A stretch of 64,000 nucleotides of DNA from Candidatus Hodarchaeota archaeon (lineage in GTDB: Archaea; Asgardarchaeota; Heimdallarchaeia; Hodarchaeales; Hodarchaeaceae): assembly GCA_029856365.1 (NCBI GenBank), contig JAHQWW010000008.1, forward strand, positions 1-64,000. The letters run 5' to 3'. The notes below the pieces were generated by a model. That model made no database searches. It was not told the DNA's origin and worked only from the letters and a program-made list of their open reading frames with translations. A program made the translations under genes and the position numbers. Within the stretch, counting starts at the first letter, position 1; each line of letters begins with the position of its first letter. This document shows positions 47,274 to 57,491 of this stretch, piece after piece.

Positions 47274-50237
47274 TTAGAGTTCCAGTGAGAGTGCTGGTTT
47301 TCCAGGTTGAGCCCTAGGAGCTCTGTTTAATGGATCTTCGAAGTCATCGCTTTCAGCAATATAGACAGCAACAGGACATTTGAATACTGTCTCCATATAA
47401 TCTTTGTATCCTTTAACTGCTTCTAATTCTTTGTGAGATCCCAAGAAGTCTTGTCGGAATATTTTTACATCTCCACGAATACGTTGTAATTCTTTGGCTA
47501 GCGTATTCATTTTAGAGGAAAGCTCGGGCATTTTTTTAAATTTTCCCATTATTTTTCCTATATTAAATGCACCATCACCCACGATGTCTCGAGCAGCTGC
47601 GTATAATTCTCGTTTCCACTCTGGCGCAATATAGATAGAGATACTAGTAGGATTTGTTCTTTTTAACTCTATGATTGACTGGATATCCTCAATTAGATTA
47701 TTAATGAAAGACATCTGCCTATTTAATATGGTTCCTTCAGCTGGGACATCAATAGAGGGTATTAAACGTAGAGAACAGAACTCTGAATTACCAATTCGTT
47801 GGTTTAACTCTTCACAAATGTGAGGTATTACGGGACTTAGGACAACAATCCAAGGATCCATGATTAAACGTAAAGCAGCATGTTTTTCAGACGTTGGAAT
47901 CCCAATTGATGTTTTTTCATAGAACTCAACATCTCGCAACATTAAATGAAAACAATGTGAGACATAACCTCGCCCGTTAAATGCTTCAATTTGGTCAATG
48001 GCGTCCCTTAAATGTTGATGACATGTTGATACAAATGCTCGGGTCATGAAGGAAGCAGTTTTCAAGTCAACTTGTTCTGTAGGTGGATTGTTAATTATCG
48101 AGTTTGCAATAGTCCAAAACTTCCGTATCCTAGATACAAGGGTTATTACCCCTTCTTCTGTCCAATTTAATACAGTGTCTGCAGAACCAGCTGAAACTAA
48201 GTATAGACGAGTCACATCAACTGAATACTTTTTTGGTAGATGAGCGATTGGAATGACATTTCCAGCAGACTTAGACATTTTTTTCCCTTCACGGATTAAC
48301 ATTTCATTCAATGAGAAATTCTTCAACCAATGTTTTTCAGGAAATATTGCAGCATGATGGAAGATTGCGAACGATAAATGATTGCCTATGTGACCAATCG
48401 CGGTATGTCGTAGATCATTCGGGTACCAATATTCGAATTCTTCACGCATGCTCTCCAATAGTCTGGAATCAATGTCGGACTCTTGTGAGATTTTTTCGGC
48501 GTTACCTTTACCTAAAAAGATAAAATCGAATACTGCTGGGATTAAGTGATCAGAAGTAATTTCATTTTCATGAATTTGACGAATTATAGTGTAAAATGCC
48601 ATGTAAATTACACTGTCTGATAAAGACTCTATGATCCATCCTTGACCTTTTGTCAGAGGAAATTCTGTTCCTAAACCTCGTTTTCTAACACATGGTCGAC
48701 GATCTAACCAATTAAAGGTGCTTTCAAAAGAGCGACGATACTTCTCTGGAACAATAGTCATTTGGTTTAAAGCGCGCCAAGCAGTTGCTTTCCATTTTTT
48801 ATCGCCATAATTCAAGAAATATTGATCGGGGATAACTGCAACTATTATTTCGCCACCACATCTGCAAATTGCTTTCCGTGAAACTTCATAAAACGAACTA
48901 GCACGCCCCTCCGCCTTCAATGTCTCTGCAACTTTATCTTTGGCTTGTTCAACCCTCAAACCTATAAATTCCTCTGTATTTCCCATCATGATGCCATTAT
49001 AGAATTCAGTCGAATAAATCTCTTGGGTAGCAATTTCTAGTTTCTTGACATCATTTTGGTCTTTTATATCCATTCTTTCACAGATCTCAACAGCTGGAAA
49101 TTCACCGTATAAATCCAGAGAAATAAGAGCAATAGGCTTTATATCTTTAACTTTTTCAGCCAATCCTTCATATGGCTCAAGAGGAGAGGGATTTATCTGG
49201 ATGTCTCGTAGCGCAATATAATCATAAGGCGCATGTGCAGGTACAGAATATACAACGCCAGATGCATGGCTAGGATCAACAAATGTTGCTGGTAGGATTG
49301 GGAGAGGACGATCAGGGACTCGAGGGGCAAAAGCTTCCTGACCTATCAATTCAGATCCGGGAAATTCATCCAAGACTTTTATCTTATGATTCTGATATTG
49401 CAGCTTTTTTTCTGCTTCTGAAGAGACAATCCAAACTTCTCCATCAATTTCAATTCTTTTATAGATAGCAGTTGGATGTAACCAGATATTAGTGGCTCCA
49501 TATATTGTTTCAGGACGAAAAGTTGCAGCAACTAGATATTCTTTCTCTAAAGAAAATTTTAAGCCAACAAATTCCTGTACTTCAACTTTTTCAATATCAG
49601 CATCTTTGATGTCATCTTCACCAACCGCATTTTGACAATTCAAACACCATAAGATAGGAAATTCTCCTTTTACGATTAGATTTTTAGCGATGATATGACT
49701 ATACTGCCATTCAATGAACCTGTTGTATTCTGGATCCCCAGTAGTGAATTGTCGATGCGTATCTAGGGAATATCCCATGGCTTTAAAGTCGTTGATCATA
49801 TTTTTCGCAAAAAACATTGCTACATTCATGGGTTTTACAAAGGACTTTACTATTTCAGAGACTTTTTTGTCATCAGTTTCATAAATCTTAACGTAATCAG
49901 TATATTTTTCAACCTCTTTCTTATCTCCTGCTTCAATTTTTGCTGAAACAGACAGAACAGGTGTTCCAGTTATGTGGAAAGCCATTGGCCACAATGTATT
50001 ATAGCCTTGTTGACGCTTAAATCGAGTAAATAGATCTCCTAGCGTATATGTTCGAGTATGGCCGACATGGAGAGCTCCAGAAGCATATGGATAAGCAACT
50101 GTAACAAAATATTTTGTTTTTGATTTATCTACAATTGCTTGGAAAATATCCTTTTCATCCCATCGTTTCTGCCATTTTCGTTCTACAGATCGTAATGTTT
50201 CAAAGAATTCTTCTATAGATAGCTGCTGTTCACTCAC
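47274..50237 (-). CDS. leuS: leucine--tRNA ligase (archaeal type)
   Basis: YPYASGALHVGH, ATFRPET, SVPAHAPYD, KMSKS. Confidence 0.96.
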   Translation of the reverse strand: MSEQQLSIEEFFETLRSVERKWQKRWDEKDIFQAIVDKSKTKYFVTVAYPYASGALHVGHTRTYTLGDLFTRFKRQQGYNTLWPMAFHITGTPVLSVSAKIEAGDKKEVEKYTDYVKIYETDDKKVSEIVKSFVKPMNVAMFFAKNMINDFKAMGYSLDTHRQFTTGDPEYNRFIEWQYSHIIAKNLIVKGEFPILWCLNCQNAVGEDDIKDADIEKVEVQEFVGLKFSLEKEYLVAATFRPETIYGATNIWLHPTAIYKRIEIDGEVWIVSSEAEKKLQYQNHKIKVLDEFPGSELIGQEAFAPRVPDRPLPILPATFVDPSHASGVVYSVPAHAPYDYIALRDIQINPSPLEPYEGLAEKVKDIKPIALISLDLYGEFPAVEICERMDIKDQNDVKKLEIATQEIYSTEFYNGIMMGNTEEFIGLRVEQAKDKVAETLKAEGRASSFYEVSRKAICRCGGEIIVAVIPDQYFLNYGDKKWKATAWRALNQMTIVPEKYRRSFESTFNWLDRRPCVRKRGLGTEFPLTKGQGWIIESLSDSVIYMAFYTIIRQIHENEITSDHLIPAVFDFIFLGKGNAEKISQESDIDSRLLESMREEFEYWYPNDLRHTAIGHIGNHLSFAIFHHAAIFPEKHWLKNFSLNEMLIREGKKMSKSAGNVIPIAHLPKKYSVDVTRLYLVSAGSADTVLNWTEEGVITLVSRIRKFWTIANSIINNPPTEQVDLKTASFMTRAFVSTCHQHLRDAIDQIEAFNGRGYVSHCFHLMLRDVEFYEKTSIGIPTSEKHAALRLIMDPWIVVLSPVIPHICEELNQRIGNSEFCSLRLIPSIDVPAEGTILNRQMSFINNLIEDIQSIIELKRTNPTSISIYIAPEWKRELYAAARDIVGDGAFNIGKIMGKFKKMPELSSKMNTLAKELQRIRGDVKIFRQDFLGSHKELEAVKGYKDYMETVFKCPVAVYIAESDDFEDPLNRAPRAQPGKPALSLEL

Positions 50238-50584
50238 TGCATTTCACCATATTTCTCATACTTTCTAGTTCCATTCTTATCTGCTTCGCAGCACACAGGC
50301 TTCAAACCAGAAGAAATTGCTAAAAATTCTACTGAGGTTGACTGAAAACGTTCTCTGAAAAATTGAAATAAGACTTTATAGGGGGAGAACGTAATTCCTC
50401 ATTACCATTACCTCAACTCTGCACCCCTTTCTTGGTACTTATAAACATTTGGAATACGTCAATTGTAGTTTCCATTGGATGGGATTTTTGGTTTGATGTA
50501 ATACTAGTCACTCACCAAGTACATGAAGAGAGAATGAAAAAAGAAAAAACCAAAATGAAGATTGGAATCTTTTGTTAAAATCAC

Positions 50585-51217
50585 TTAGTTTGCTAATGAT
50601 GTAGGGGTATCATTAAAGTTCACTAAAATCTTACAATCCAAAAGAAATTGTTGAAGAATATGTAAGAATTTATTAATTGCTCCTTTTGACACGTTATAGG
50701 CCATTATTTCAATCTTTGAGGCAGTAATTGATGAAATAAGGATTTTAGAGTGATCTTCTGCATGAATCCATTCTAATCGCCCCTTTCCGTTTGTATAGTA
50801 ATGTCCTATGAATCGAAAATCACCAAAATATTTTCCAGCTAATTTACTAATAATACTCTTCACTGGAAAATCACGATCAGTTGAAAAAACAGTTAATTCC
50901 TGTTTGTTACTCGTGTTCAAATTAGAATAGTCTAAAAATAACTGTTGTTTATTATAATAATCACGAATCATCTCATAGGAATTATTGTCCAATCCATAAC
51001 CCCCATCTGGATAACGTTCAATCAATTGATCTTCTTGCAGTCGTTCCAGAGCGCGTGATAGTTTTTGTTGATGGACATCCTTTAAAATCCGACGAAGCCC
51101 ATTAAAACGGAATGTATAGTTTTTTTCTCGCAATGATAATTCGGAGAGGACATCTCTTTCGAGTTTTGATAGGTATTCAGGAATAATTTCATCCTCTTCT
51201 TGATTCAAATTCTCCAT
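50585..51217 (-). CDS. winged-helix domain protein
   Basis: FRFNGLRRILKDVHQQKLSRALERLQEDQLIER..DGGY. Confidence 0.65.
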   Translation of the reverse strand: MENLNQEEDEIIPEYLSKLERDVLSELSLREKNYTFRFNGLRRILKDVHQQKLSRALERLQEDQLIERYPDGGYGLDNNSYEMIRDYYNKQQLFLDYSNLNTSNKQELTVFSTDRDFPVKSIISKLAGKYFGDFRFIGHYYTNGKGRLEWIHAEDHSKILISSITASKIEIMAYNVSKGAINKFLHILQQFLLDCKILVNFNDTPTSLAN

Positions 51218-51309
51218 TTATTCAACGCTTCCTACAAGATCAATTTTACTAAAAATATAAAAAGATAAAGAAAATGGTAGACCAATATCATTGAATTGAA
51301 CAGGTCAGC

Positions 51310-51885
51310 CTAGTCAATCTTTACCCGAAACTTCTGTGAGGAGTTCTTAATCTTCTTGCCACGGATCTCAAGAACTCCATTATTAACAGAGCTTTTTATG
51401 CTATTCACTTCTATTTTCGAAGGTAATAAGATCGTCTGATTAAACTCGTTACTCTCTGACTTCCCTGTAAGAGTGATTTCTGTCCCTTCTTCATTAATAT
51501 CTATAGTCAGATTTTCTTTAGTAAATCCTGGCACTTCAACAATTAATTTCAAATGATTATTATCATCAATGAAATCCACAAACCTCTCCTCTGAGGTTAA
51601 AGTTGCTTGAAGACGTGGCTCAGAAAGACCTTTTAATGGGAGTTGTATTTTAGGAAGACCCTGTTTTTGCCGATAGTCGTTTAAATTTCCCCATTGGCGA
51701 AATTCAGGCTTATAATCTGTTTCAGGTCCAATACGGACAGAATATCCATAGGATATTGGTCCATCTTTTCGGTACTCAGAAGAACTAGCCCGCATGAGAG
51801 AATCAATCTCTTCTTCGAAGGAACGAAACATTTCACCGAAATTAAAATTCCAAATATCATCAAAATATCGTTTCTTGCGATTCAT
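51310..51885 (-). CDS. hsp20: small heat-shock protein Hsp20
   Basis: GPISYGYSVRIGP…WGN, EVPGFTKE, NNGVLEI; GGTGA SD before MNRKK. Confidence 0.9.
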   Translation of the reverse strand: MNRKKRYFDDIWNFNFGEMFRSFEEEIDSLMRASSSEYRKDGPISYGYSVRIGPETDYKPEFRQWGNLNDYRQKQGLPKIQLPLKGLSEPRLQATLTSEERFVDFIDDNNHLKLIVEVPGFTKENLTIDINEEGTEITLTGKSESNEFNQTILLPSKIEVNSIKSSVNNGVLEIRGKKIKNSSQKFRVKID

Positions 51886-52057
51886 ATCAATCACCTTGTT
51901 GATTATACTTTATATAAAAAAATTCACATTATGTTTATAAATTTTTTGTTATGGGATGGAAAATAATTTCGCACTTTATGGATGTTATAGGACATTTATA
52001 GCATTTTCTATCAAAATCAAATGGTGTGAATAAAAAAAGAATCTTAGATAAACTATT

Positions 52058-52936
52058 ATGGTTTATTACTCTCTTGGAGTATGTCAGCTATTGGTAGACT
52101 TTATTGCTGCTTTATTGATGGCAATTTTTCAAGGAATCATCGAGTGGCTTCCCATTAGTTCTGAAGGTCAATTATCGCTGTTATTTGTTAATTTTTATGA
52201 CATAGACGAACTAGAAGCTGTTACACTAGCCTTATTGTTGCATATCGGCACAATGATTTCCGTATTGTGGGTTTTTCGGTCTGATTTTAGAGAGATGGCC
52301 GATTTAAACGCGAAAATCACTGAGGTGACTTTGATAGCTACATTAGGAACAATAATTACAGCTGTCCCTATTGTACTCATCTTCAAAAACTATTGGGAAC
52401 AATGGACACATATTCTTTCAATCCCAGCAGATCTTCTTTTCACTATGATTGTTGGAATTCTTTTAGTCTTAACTGGATTAATTCTCACTAGCCAACCGGA
52501 ACAAGGTACACGAGAGCTAAAATCCGTTACACAAAAAGAAGCGCTCATCTTGGGCATGGCTCAAGGAATTGCGGCATTACCAGGTATTAGTCGAAGTGGG
52601 ATGACAATAACTGTATTATTGTTCGTTGGTTTAACTCAACGAGATGCCTTGCGTATAAGCTTTATCATCTCAGTTCCAGCAGTGTTAGGCGCCATGATAC
52701 TAGAATTCATTTTAAGTGGCTTCTCAATCCAACCTAATGCCCTCATTATAGGTACCATTATATTTCCTTATATATTATTGATTTTCACAATCTTCATAAC
52801 TGCTGTCATTGGAATAATCACAATGAGAAGTCTACTTCAATTGAAAACTTTACCATATGATAAATTTTGCATTATATTTGGCACTGGTACTATTCTCTTA
52901 GCAATTTTATTATTCATCATCTGGATAGTGTGTTAA
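52058..52936 (+). CDS. uppP: undecaprenyl-diphosphate phosphatase (BacA family)
   Basis: QGIIEWLPISSEG, LHIGT, QG.AALPGISRSG.T. Confidence 0.9.
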   Translation: MVYYSLGVCQLLVDFIAALLMAIFQGIIEWLPISSEGQLSLLFVNFYDIDELEAVTLALLLHIGTMISVLWVFRSDFREMADLNAKITEVTLIATLGTIITAVPIVLIFKNYWEQWTHILSIPADLLFTMIVGILLVLTGLILTSQPEQGTRELKSVTQKEALILGMAQGIAALPGISRSGMTITVLLFVGLTQRDALRISFIISVPAVLGAMILEFILSGFSIQPNALIIGTIIFPYILLIFTIFITAVIGIITMRSLLQLKTLPYDKFCIIFGTGTILLAILLFIIWIVC

Positions 52937-52937
52937 A

Positions 52938-54284
52938 ATGACATTAACCCCAACACATTTTAGTTTGCAGTCCATTTTATTTTGGACATTCATACCTACT
53001 TCTGAAAAAGAAAGATTTCAACAAAAAAAGTTGTATTTTTGGGCTGTAGTAGCTTTTTCAATCCTTCCCGATCTTGATATATTTATTGGGGTACATAGAG
53101 GCTTGTTTCATAGTATAGTTCTACCAATAATTTTGATAATTCTAGGAACAGTCATATACTATCATTATTCATCTTCAAGTAGTATAGAGAGAGAAGAAAA
53201 AATTATTACAAACAATAACGAAAAACGTAGCTTCATAGGCCGCTGTATATTGTATGCAGGAATCTTATGGCTGATTCATATCTTTCTTGACTTAGAAACT
53301 CCCTTAGCTATCTTTTATCCATTGTCTGATCGCCTTTATCAGTTTAATTTCGTAATTCTCTTCGATGTTATGCCTTGGTTAATATTTCCAGCCACAATCG
53401 CTGGTATAGGTTTTGAAATCTCTGGAATATCATATTTAAGAGGTCTAACAACATACTTTGTGAATTTACCACCTTCAATTCGGGAAGAAATATGGGGTCA
53501 TAAACCTGTGGCCTTCTATATTAATGATTTCTTTATCCATGTGATTTTATTTGTGATATTTTTAGTGTATGTAGCTCGCCCCATGGCACCGACAGTCAAT
53601 TTAAACCGTTTGACTGAATGGCGAGAAAAGATCCGATTTGATGGACCTATCTTAACATTTAGTACAATAATGCTAGTTATGGGACTTGTTATTGGCCCAA
53701 TGATTGGAACACAGACTGTTGATACAGATTATATTAGAGGTTCTTTTCAAGTATCACCAACTACTTTTTCTCCAACTATAGCAATTAAGTTTGAAACCAC
53801 GAATTATTTACTCCAACCCAACACAGTGTTCTCTATAGAGAGTACATTAATTACAGGTTCTGATAGTAATCCTTTCGACCAAGTATTATTGTTAACAACT
53901 CAAGAATATTATAAGAACTTCTCCACTGGTGTCTCACAATTATTTAAACAGTATCCATTCAACACAAGTGAAAACATTTTCACTTTTGAAACCAATTACC
54001 AGTCTTTACTTTCAGATCTCATCATTTATCCTTTGGCTATGAATTTAACAAATCTCAACGAAACTAGTTTACACACTCAGTTATCTAGTGGGTCTTTTAT
54101 GGTTGTAGGAGTGATTGAACATTGGGATTCGACACAAATCCTAAATGGTACTCACTTATCTGAGAACACCAAATTGGAAGTTACAATAACATCCAGTCGT
54201 TTCACTCTTATGGTTTTTGGAACAGCTTCAATTATTATCGGACTGGCTTCTATAATTATTTCAGTTAGGGTTAAAAAGAGATAA
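52938..54284 (+). CDS. membrane metal-dependent hydrolase (YdjM-like) with extracellular domain
   Basis: PTH, LPDLD, HRGLFHS, HIFLD; TM segments and a C-terminal anchor. Confidence 0.75.
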   Translation: MTLTPTHFSLQSILFWTFIPTSEKERFQQKKLYFWAVVAFSILPDLDIFIGVHRGLFHSIVLPIILIILGTVIYYHYSSSSSIEREEKIITNNNEKRSFIGRCILYAGILWLIHIFLDLETPLAIFYPLSDRLYQFNFVILFDVMPWLIFPATIAGIGFEISGISYLRGLTTYFVNLPPSIREEIWGHKPVAFYINDFFIHVILFVIFLVYVARPMAPTVNLNRLTEWREKIRFDGPILTFSTIMLVMGLVIGPMIGTQTVDTDYIRGSFQVSPTTFSPTIAIKFETTNYLLQPNTVFSIESTLITGSDSNPFDQVLLLTTQEYYKNFSTGVSQLFKQYPFNTSENIFTFETNYQSLLSDLIIYPLAMNLTNLNETSLHTQLSSGSFMVVGVIEHWDSTQILNGTHLSENTKLEVTITSSRFTLMVFGTASIIIGLASIIISVRVKKR

Positions 54285-54412
54285 TTTTTGAAACATTCAG
54301 TTATCTGATTTGACATTTAATTCCTTTAATCCTCGATCTAATGATATCTAATCCAAATTTCAAACGTAAAAAAGTCTATAATCGAAAATATTTTAATCAG
54401 GAGACGATTATT

Positions 54413-54601
54413 ATGCCTTCATATCGTTGTCAAAATTGTGGAACCGTTGTTTCACCAATTCCTAAGCATTGCGGAAAAGAGATGGTGATTGGAGAAATAG
54501 ATGGTATACCAAGCTTAATTTGTTCTGTGGGAGGAGAATCTTGTCATCATGAACCTCTTCCAAAGTGTTGTTCAATGCCTGGTTATACTAGATGGATCTG
54601 A
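54413..54601 (+). CDS. small Cys/His metal-binding protein (desulforedoxin-like duplication, 62 aa)
   Basis: MPSYRCQNCG…PKHCGKEM…LIC…SC…LPKCC; GGAG SD before ATG 54413. Confidence 0.7.
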   Translation: MPSYRCQNCGTVVSPIPKHCGKEMVIGEIDGIPSLICSVGGESCHHEPLPKCCSMPGYTRWI

Positions 54602-54624
54602 AAAAGTCAATTCTCCATCCTAAT

Positions 54625-55839
54625 TTATTTGACAATCAAATTCAAGAAGCGCATAAATGGAGCTATCAGAAAAACCCTCCAAGGTACGATACAATGTACA
54701 ACACTATTGATATCTGATGAACTTAAGCGATTCATATACCATTGTACACGTCTGTCTCCACCCCCCGAGATTATGTCAAAGAATTGACGTAATTTATAGG
54801 CGCTTTTAAACATCTTCAACATTTGAACTTGCCATTTTGACTGATAATCAGATAACGGAACTTTTTCTCTGAAAAAACGTATAATAGAGCTTGCTGCAAT
54901 TGAACCTGCTACCATTGACGGAGGGATTCCTCCACCAACGCTAGATACAACTTGACATGCTGCATCACCAACCAGCAAAGTTTTTGTTTTTAATTCAACA
55001 GTTTCTTGAAAGGGGAGACCTACAGGAACGATACCTGCAATCGTTTGTCCTATGTGAGCATTCTTAAGAATTTGACTTGCAATAGGATGAATATTAATCA
55101 GATTAGACAATGCTTTGGAAACATTCATGTCATTTTTTAGCATAGGAAGGCGTACTCCAGCACCAACATTTGCAGTGTTCCGACTCTTGGGAATGATCCA
55201 AGCGTAAGCTCCAGGTGCATATTTCTCACCAAAAAACATCTTTACATCAGTTGAGTCATACTCGTTTTCTATCTCAGTCATTAAATGTTGTTTTACAATG
55301 ACAAAATGCTTATCGGGTCTTTTGTTTGCCAGTCCTGTCCATTTGGCTATACGAGAGCTAACTCCATCTGCTCCAACGATAATTTGTGGTGTAATTTGTA
55401 TAGATCTACCATTCTCCCGAACAACTGTGACCATATTATTTGTCATATCAACAGCGCAGGCAGAGGTCCAAACTTCAGCTCCATATTCTTTTCCTACTTC
55501 AATTAAATGGGCATTCCAGTTTCCACGATGAAGAGTATATCCCTGAAAAGGAGTTCTAATGACCTTTCTTTCTGGAGAAAAGAAGGAAATAGAGTGGGTA
55601 TATGTACTGATAAATTGCTTATTAAATGTGAAAAATGCTTGAGCATTAGGGACATCAGGCATCAAAGTAGCCATTTCTTCGGGAGCTGGCATAAACTCGC
55701 CACATTGAACAGGAAATCCAAGTTCTTGCCTATGATCAATGGCTAAAATTGAGATTTCTGAACCAGCAATTTGAGCCAACTTTGATAGAACTGTTGCACC
55801 TGCAGGTCCTAAACCTACAATAAGAACGTCCACATCCAT
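54625..55839 (-). CDS. geranylgeranyl reductase family flavoprotein
   Basis: DVLIVGLGPAG, PVQCGE, GADG, YAWIIPK, GDAA…GGGI. Start moved to MDVDVL. Confidence 0.88.
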   Translation of the reverse strand: MDVDVLIVGLGPAGATVLSKLAQIAGSEISILAIDHRQELGFPVQCGEFMPAPEEMATLMPDVPNAQAFFTFNKQFISTYTHSISFFSPERKVIRTPFQGYTLHRGNWNAHLIEVGKEYGAEVWTSACAVDMTNNMVTVVRENGRSIQITPQIIVGADGVSSRIAKWTGLANKRPDKHFVIVKQHLMTEIENEYDSTDVKMFFGEKYAPGAYAWIIPKSRNTANVGAGVRLPMLKNDMNVSKALSNLINIHPIASQILKNAHIGQTIAGIVPVGLPFQETVELKTKTLLVGDAACQVVSSVGGGIPPSMVAGSIAASSIIRFFREKVPLSDYQSKWQVQMLKMFKSAYKLRQFFDIISGGGDRRVQWYMNRLSSSDINSVVHCIVPWRVFLIAPFMRFLNLIVK

Positions 55840-55903
55840 AAGATGACAACTCAAATTGCGAAAAGCTAATAAGAATCGACAATTTAACTGAAAGGGTTTT
55901 TGT

Positions 55904-57454
55904 TCAAGGTGATAATAGATTTTCAGCTGCAGAAAGGGCAAATTCAAGGAAGGGCCCAGGAAGTATACCAATAACTATTATGAGAAGAACTGAAATGCCA
56001 ATACTAAGCTGATATGATAATGGAATAGTAAAGGGAGTAACTCTTTCCACGGGAATGACTGCAACATCATCTCGTTCTTCTAAAGGTGTGTCAATTATCA
56101 TTAGCTTGATTACACGAATATAGTAGAAGATTGAGATGGCACTATTAATGATTCCAATTATAGCTAACCATATGAGGTTTGCATAAATCGCTGCAAAAAA
56201 TAATAATATTTTGGAAACGAATCCAGCTAACGGAGGAACACCCAAAAGGCTCAACAATGCAATTGTTAAACCAAAAGTTAACCATGGGTGTTTTTTTCGT
56301 AAACCTACATAATCTTCGATCTTCTCACTATGAATAGAAAATGCAATCACAATCACTGCTGTGAAAGCGACGATTTTCATCAGTGCATGAGTGAGAATAT
56401 GCATTTCAGCAGCAGCGATAGAAAATTCTGCAACTGAAAAGTTAAGATTACCAATGACCGAAGAGATTGGGCTGCTGGTTACCGCAGCTAATGCAATGAG
56501 GATGTAACCTGCGTGGGCAATGCTAGAATAAGCCAACATCCGTTTAATATTCTCTTGGACTAAAGCTACAACGTTTCCTAAAGTCATAGTGAGGATTGCT
56601 AGTAGTGCAAACAAGTAACCCCAAATAATATCTATTTCAGTCAGACCAGCAACTATTATACGGAACACAGCCACAAATCCTAAAGCTTTGGACCCTGCTG
56701 CCAAAAAGGTTGTTATGGTTGTAGGTGTTCCTTGATATACATCAACTGCCCATGCATGAAATGGGACAGCAGCTATTTTGTATCCGAAACCAACCAACAA
56801 GAACATCAGTGCAAGAAGATGAAATGGGGAATAACTTTTAGTATCTGCAAAAGAAGTAATAACTCCATCAATACTCGTTGTACCAGCAATCCCATAAACT
56901 AATGAAATACCAAAGAGTATGAAGGCTGAAGACATAGCACCAATAAGAAATAATTTCAAAGCACTCTCACTGGTTTCAGCTCGGGTTTTTTGAAAAGCTG
57001 CTAGAGTATATACAGGGATACTTCCCAATTCCCATGCAACAAACAGGACTAATAGATCATTTGCAGCAGCAACCAATAACATCCCTATTGTTGCAAATAC
57101 TAAAAGTATATAGTATATTCCTACATTCCTTTCGGAATTCATATAATCAATACTCGATGTTGAGACTAATAATAACACAATTAGAAAAATAATGGCGAAA
57201 AATCGGGAGAAATTATCAATAACAAAAAGACCTGTTGTCCTTGAAAGGTCAAAGAGGTCAGCTGCATTCCCAAATACATAAGTGATGCCACTATCTATTC
57301 CGATAATTATGCAATATAAAGAGAGAAGACCTCCTATTATGGTAACAGGAGCAAAAATTCTGTGATCCATATCAAAAGCTTCTAGAATTATACAAATGAT
57401 GATAGTTCCAATTAATGATAGAAAAGGAAGAAATGTAGTCAGGAAATCACTCAT
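55904..57454 (-). CDS. nuoN: complex I-like subunit N
   Basis: ESALKLF, KIAAVPFHAWAVDVYQG, KRMLAYSSIAHAGY. Confidence 0.93.
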   Translation of the reverse strand: MSDFLTTFLPFLSLIGTIIICIILEAFDMDHRIFAPVTIIGGLLSLYCIIIGIDSGITYVFGNAADLFDLSRTTGLFVIDNFSRFFAIIFLIVLLLVSTSSIDYMNSERNVGIYYILLVFATIGMLLVAAANDLLVLFVAWELGSIPVYTLAAFQKTRAETSESALKLFLIGAMSSAFILFGISLVYGIAGTTSIDGVITSFADTKSYSPFHLLALMFLLVGFGYKIAAVPFHAWAVDVYQGTPTTITTFLAAGSKALGFVAVFRIIVAGLTEIDIIWGYLFALLAILTMTLGNVVALVQENIKRMLAYSSIAHAGYILIALAAVTSSPISSVIGNLNFSVAEFSIAAAEMHILTHALMKIVAFTAVIVIAFSIHSEKIEDYVGLRKKHPWLTFGLTIALLSLLGVPPLAGFVSKILLFFAAIYANLIWLAIIGIINSAISIFYYIRVIKLMIIDTPLEERDDVAVIPVERVTPFTIPLSYQLSIGISVLLIIVIGILPGPFLEFALSAAENLLSP

Positions 57455-57491
57455 GGATTCGATTCACCTTGAATTCTTCATTTTTCATTGA

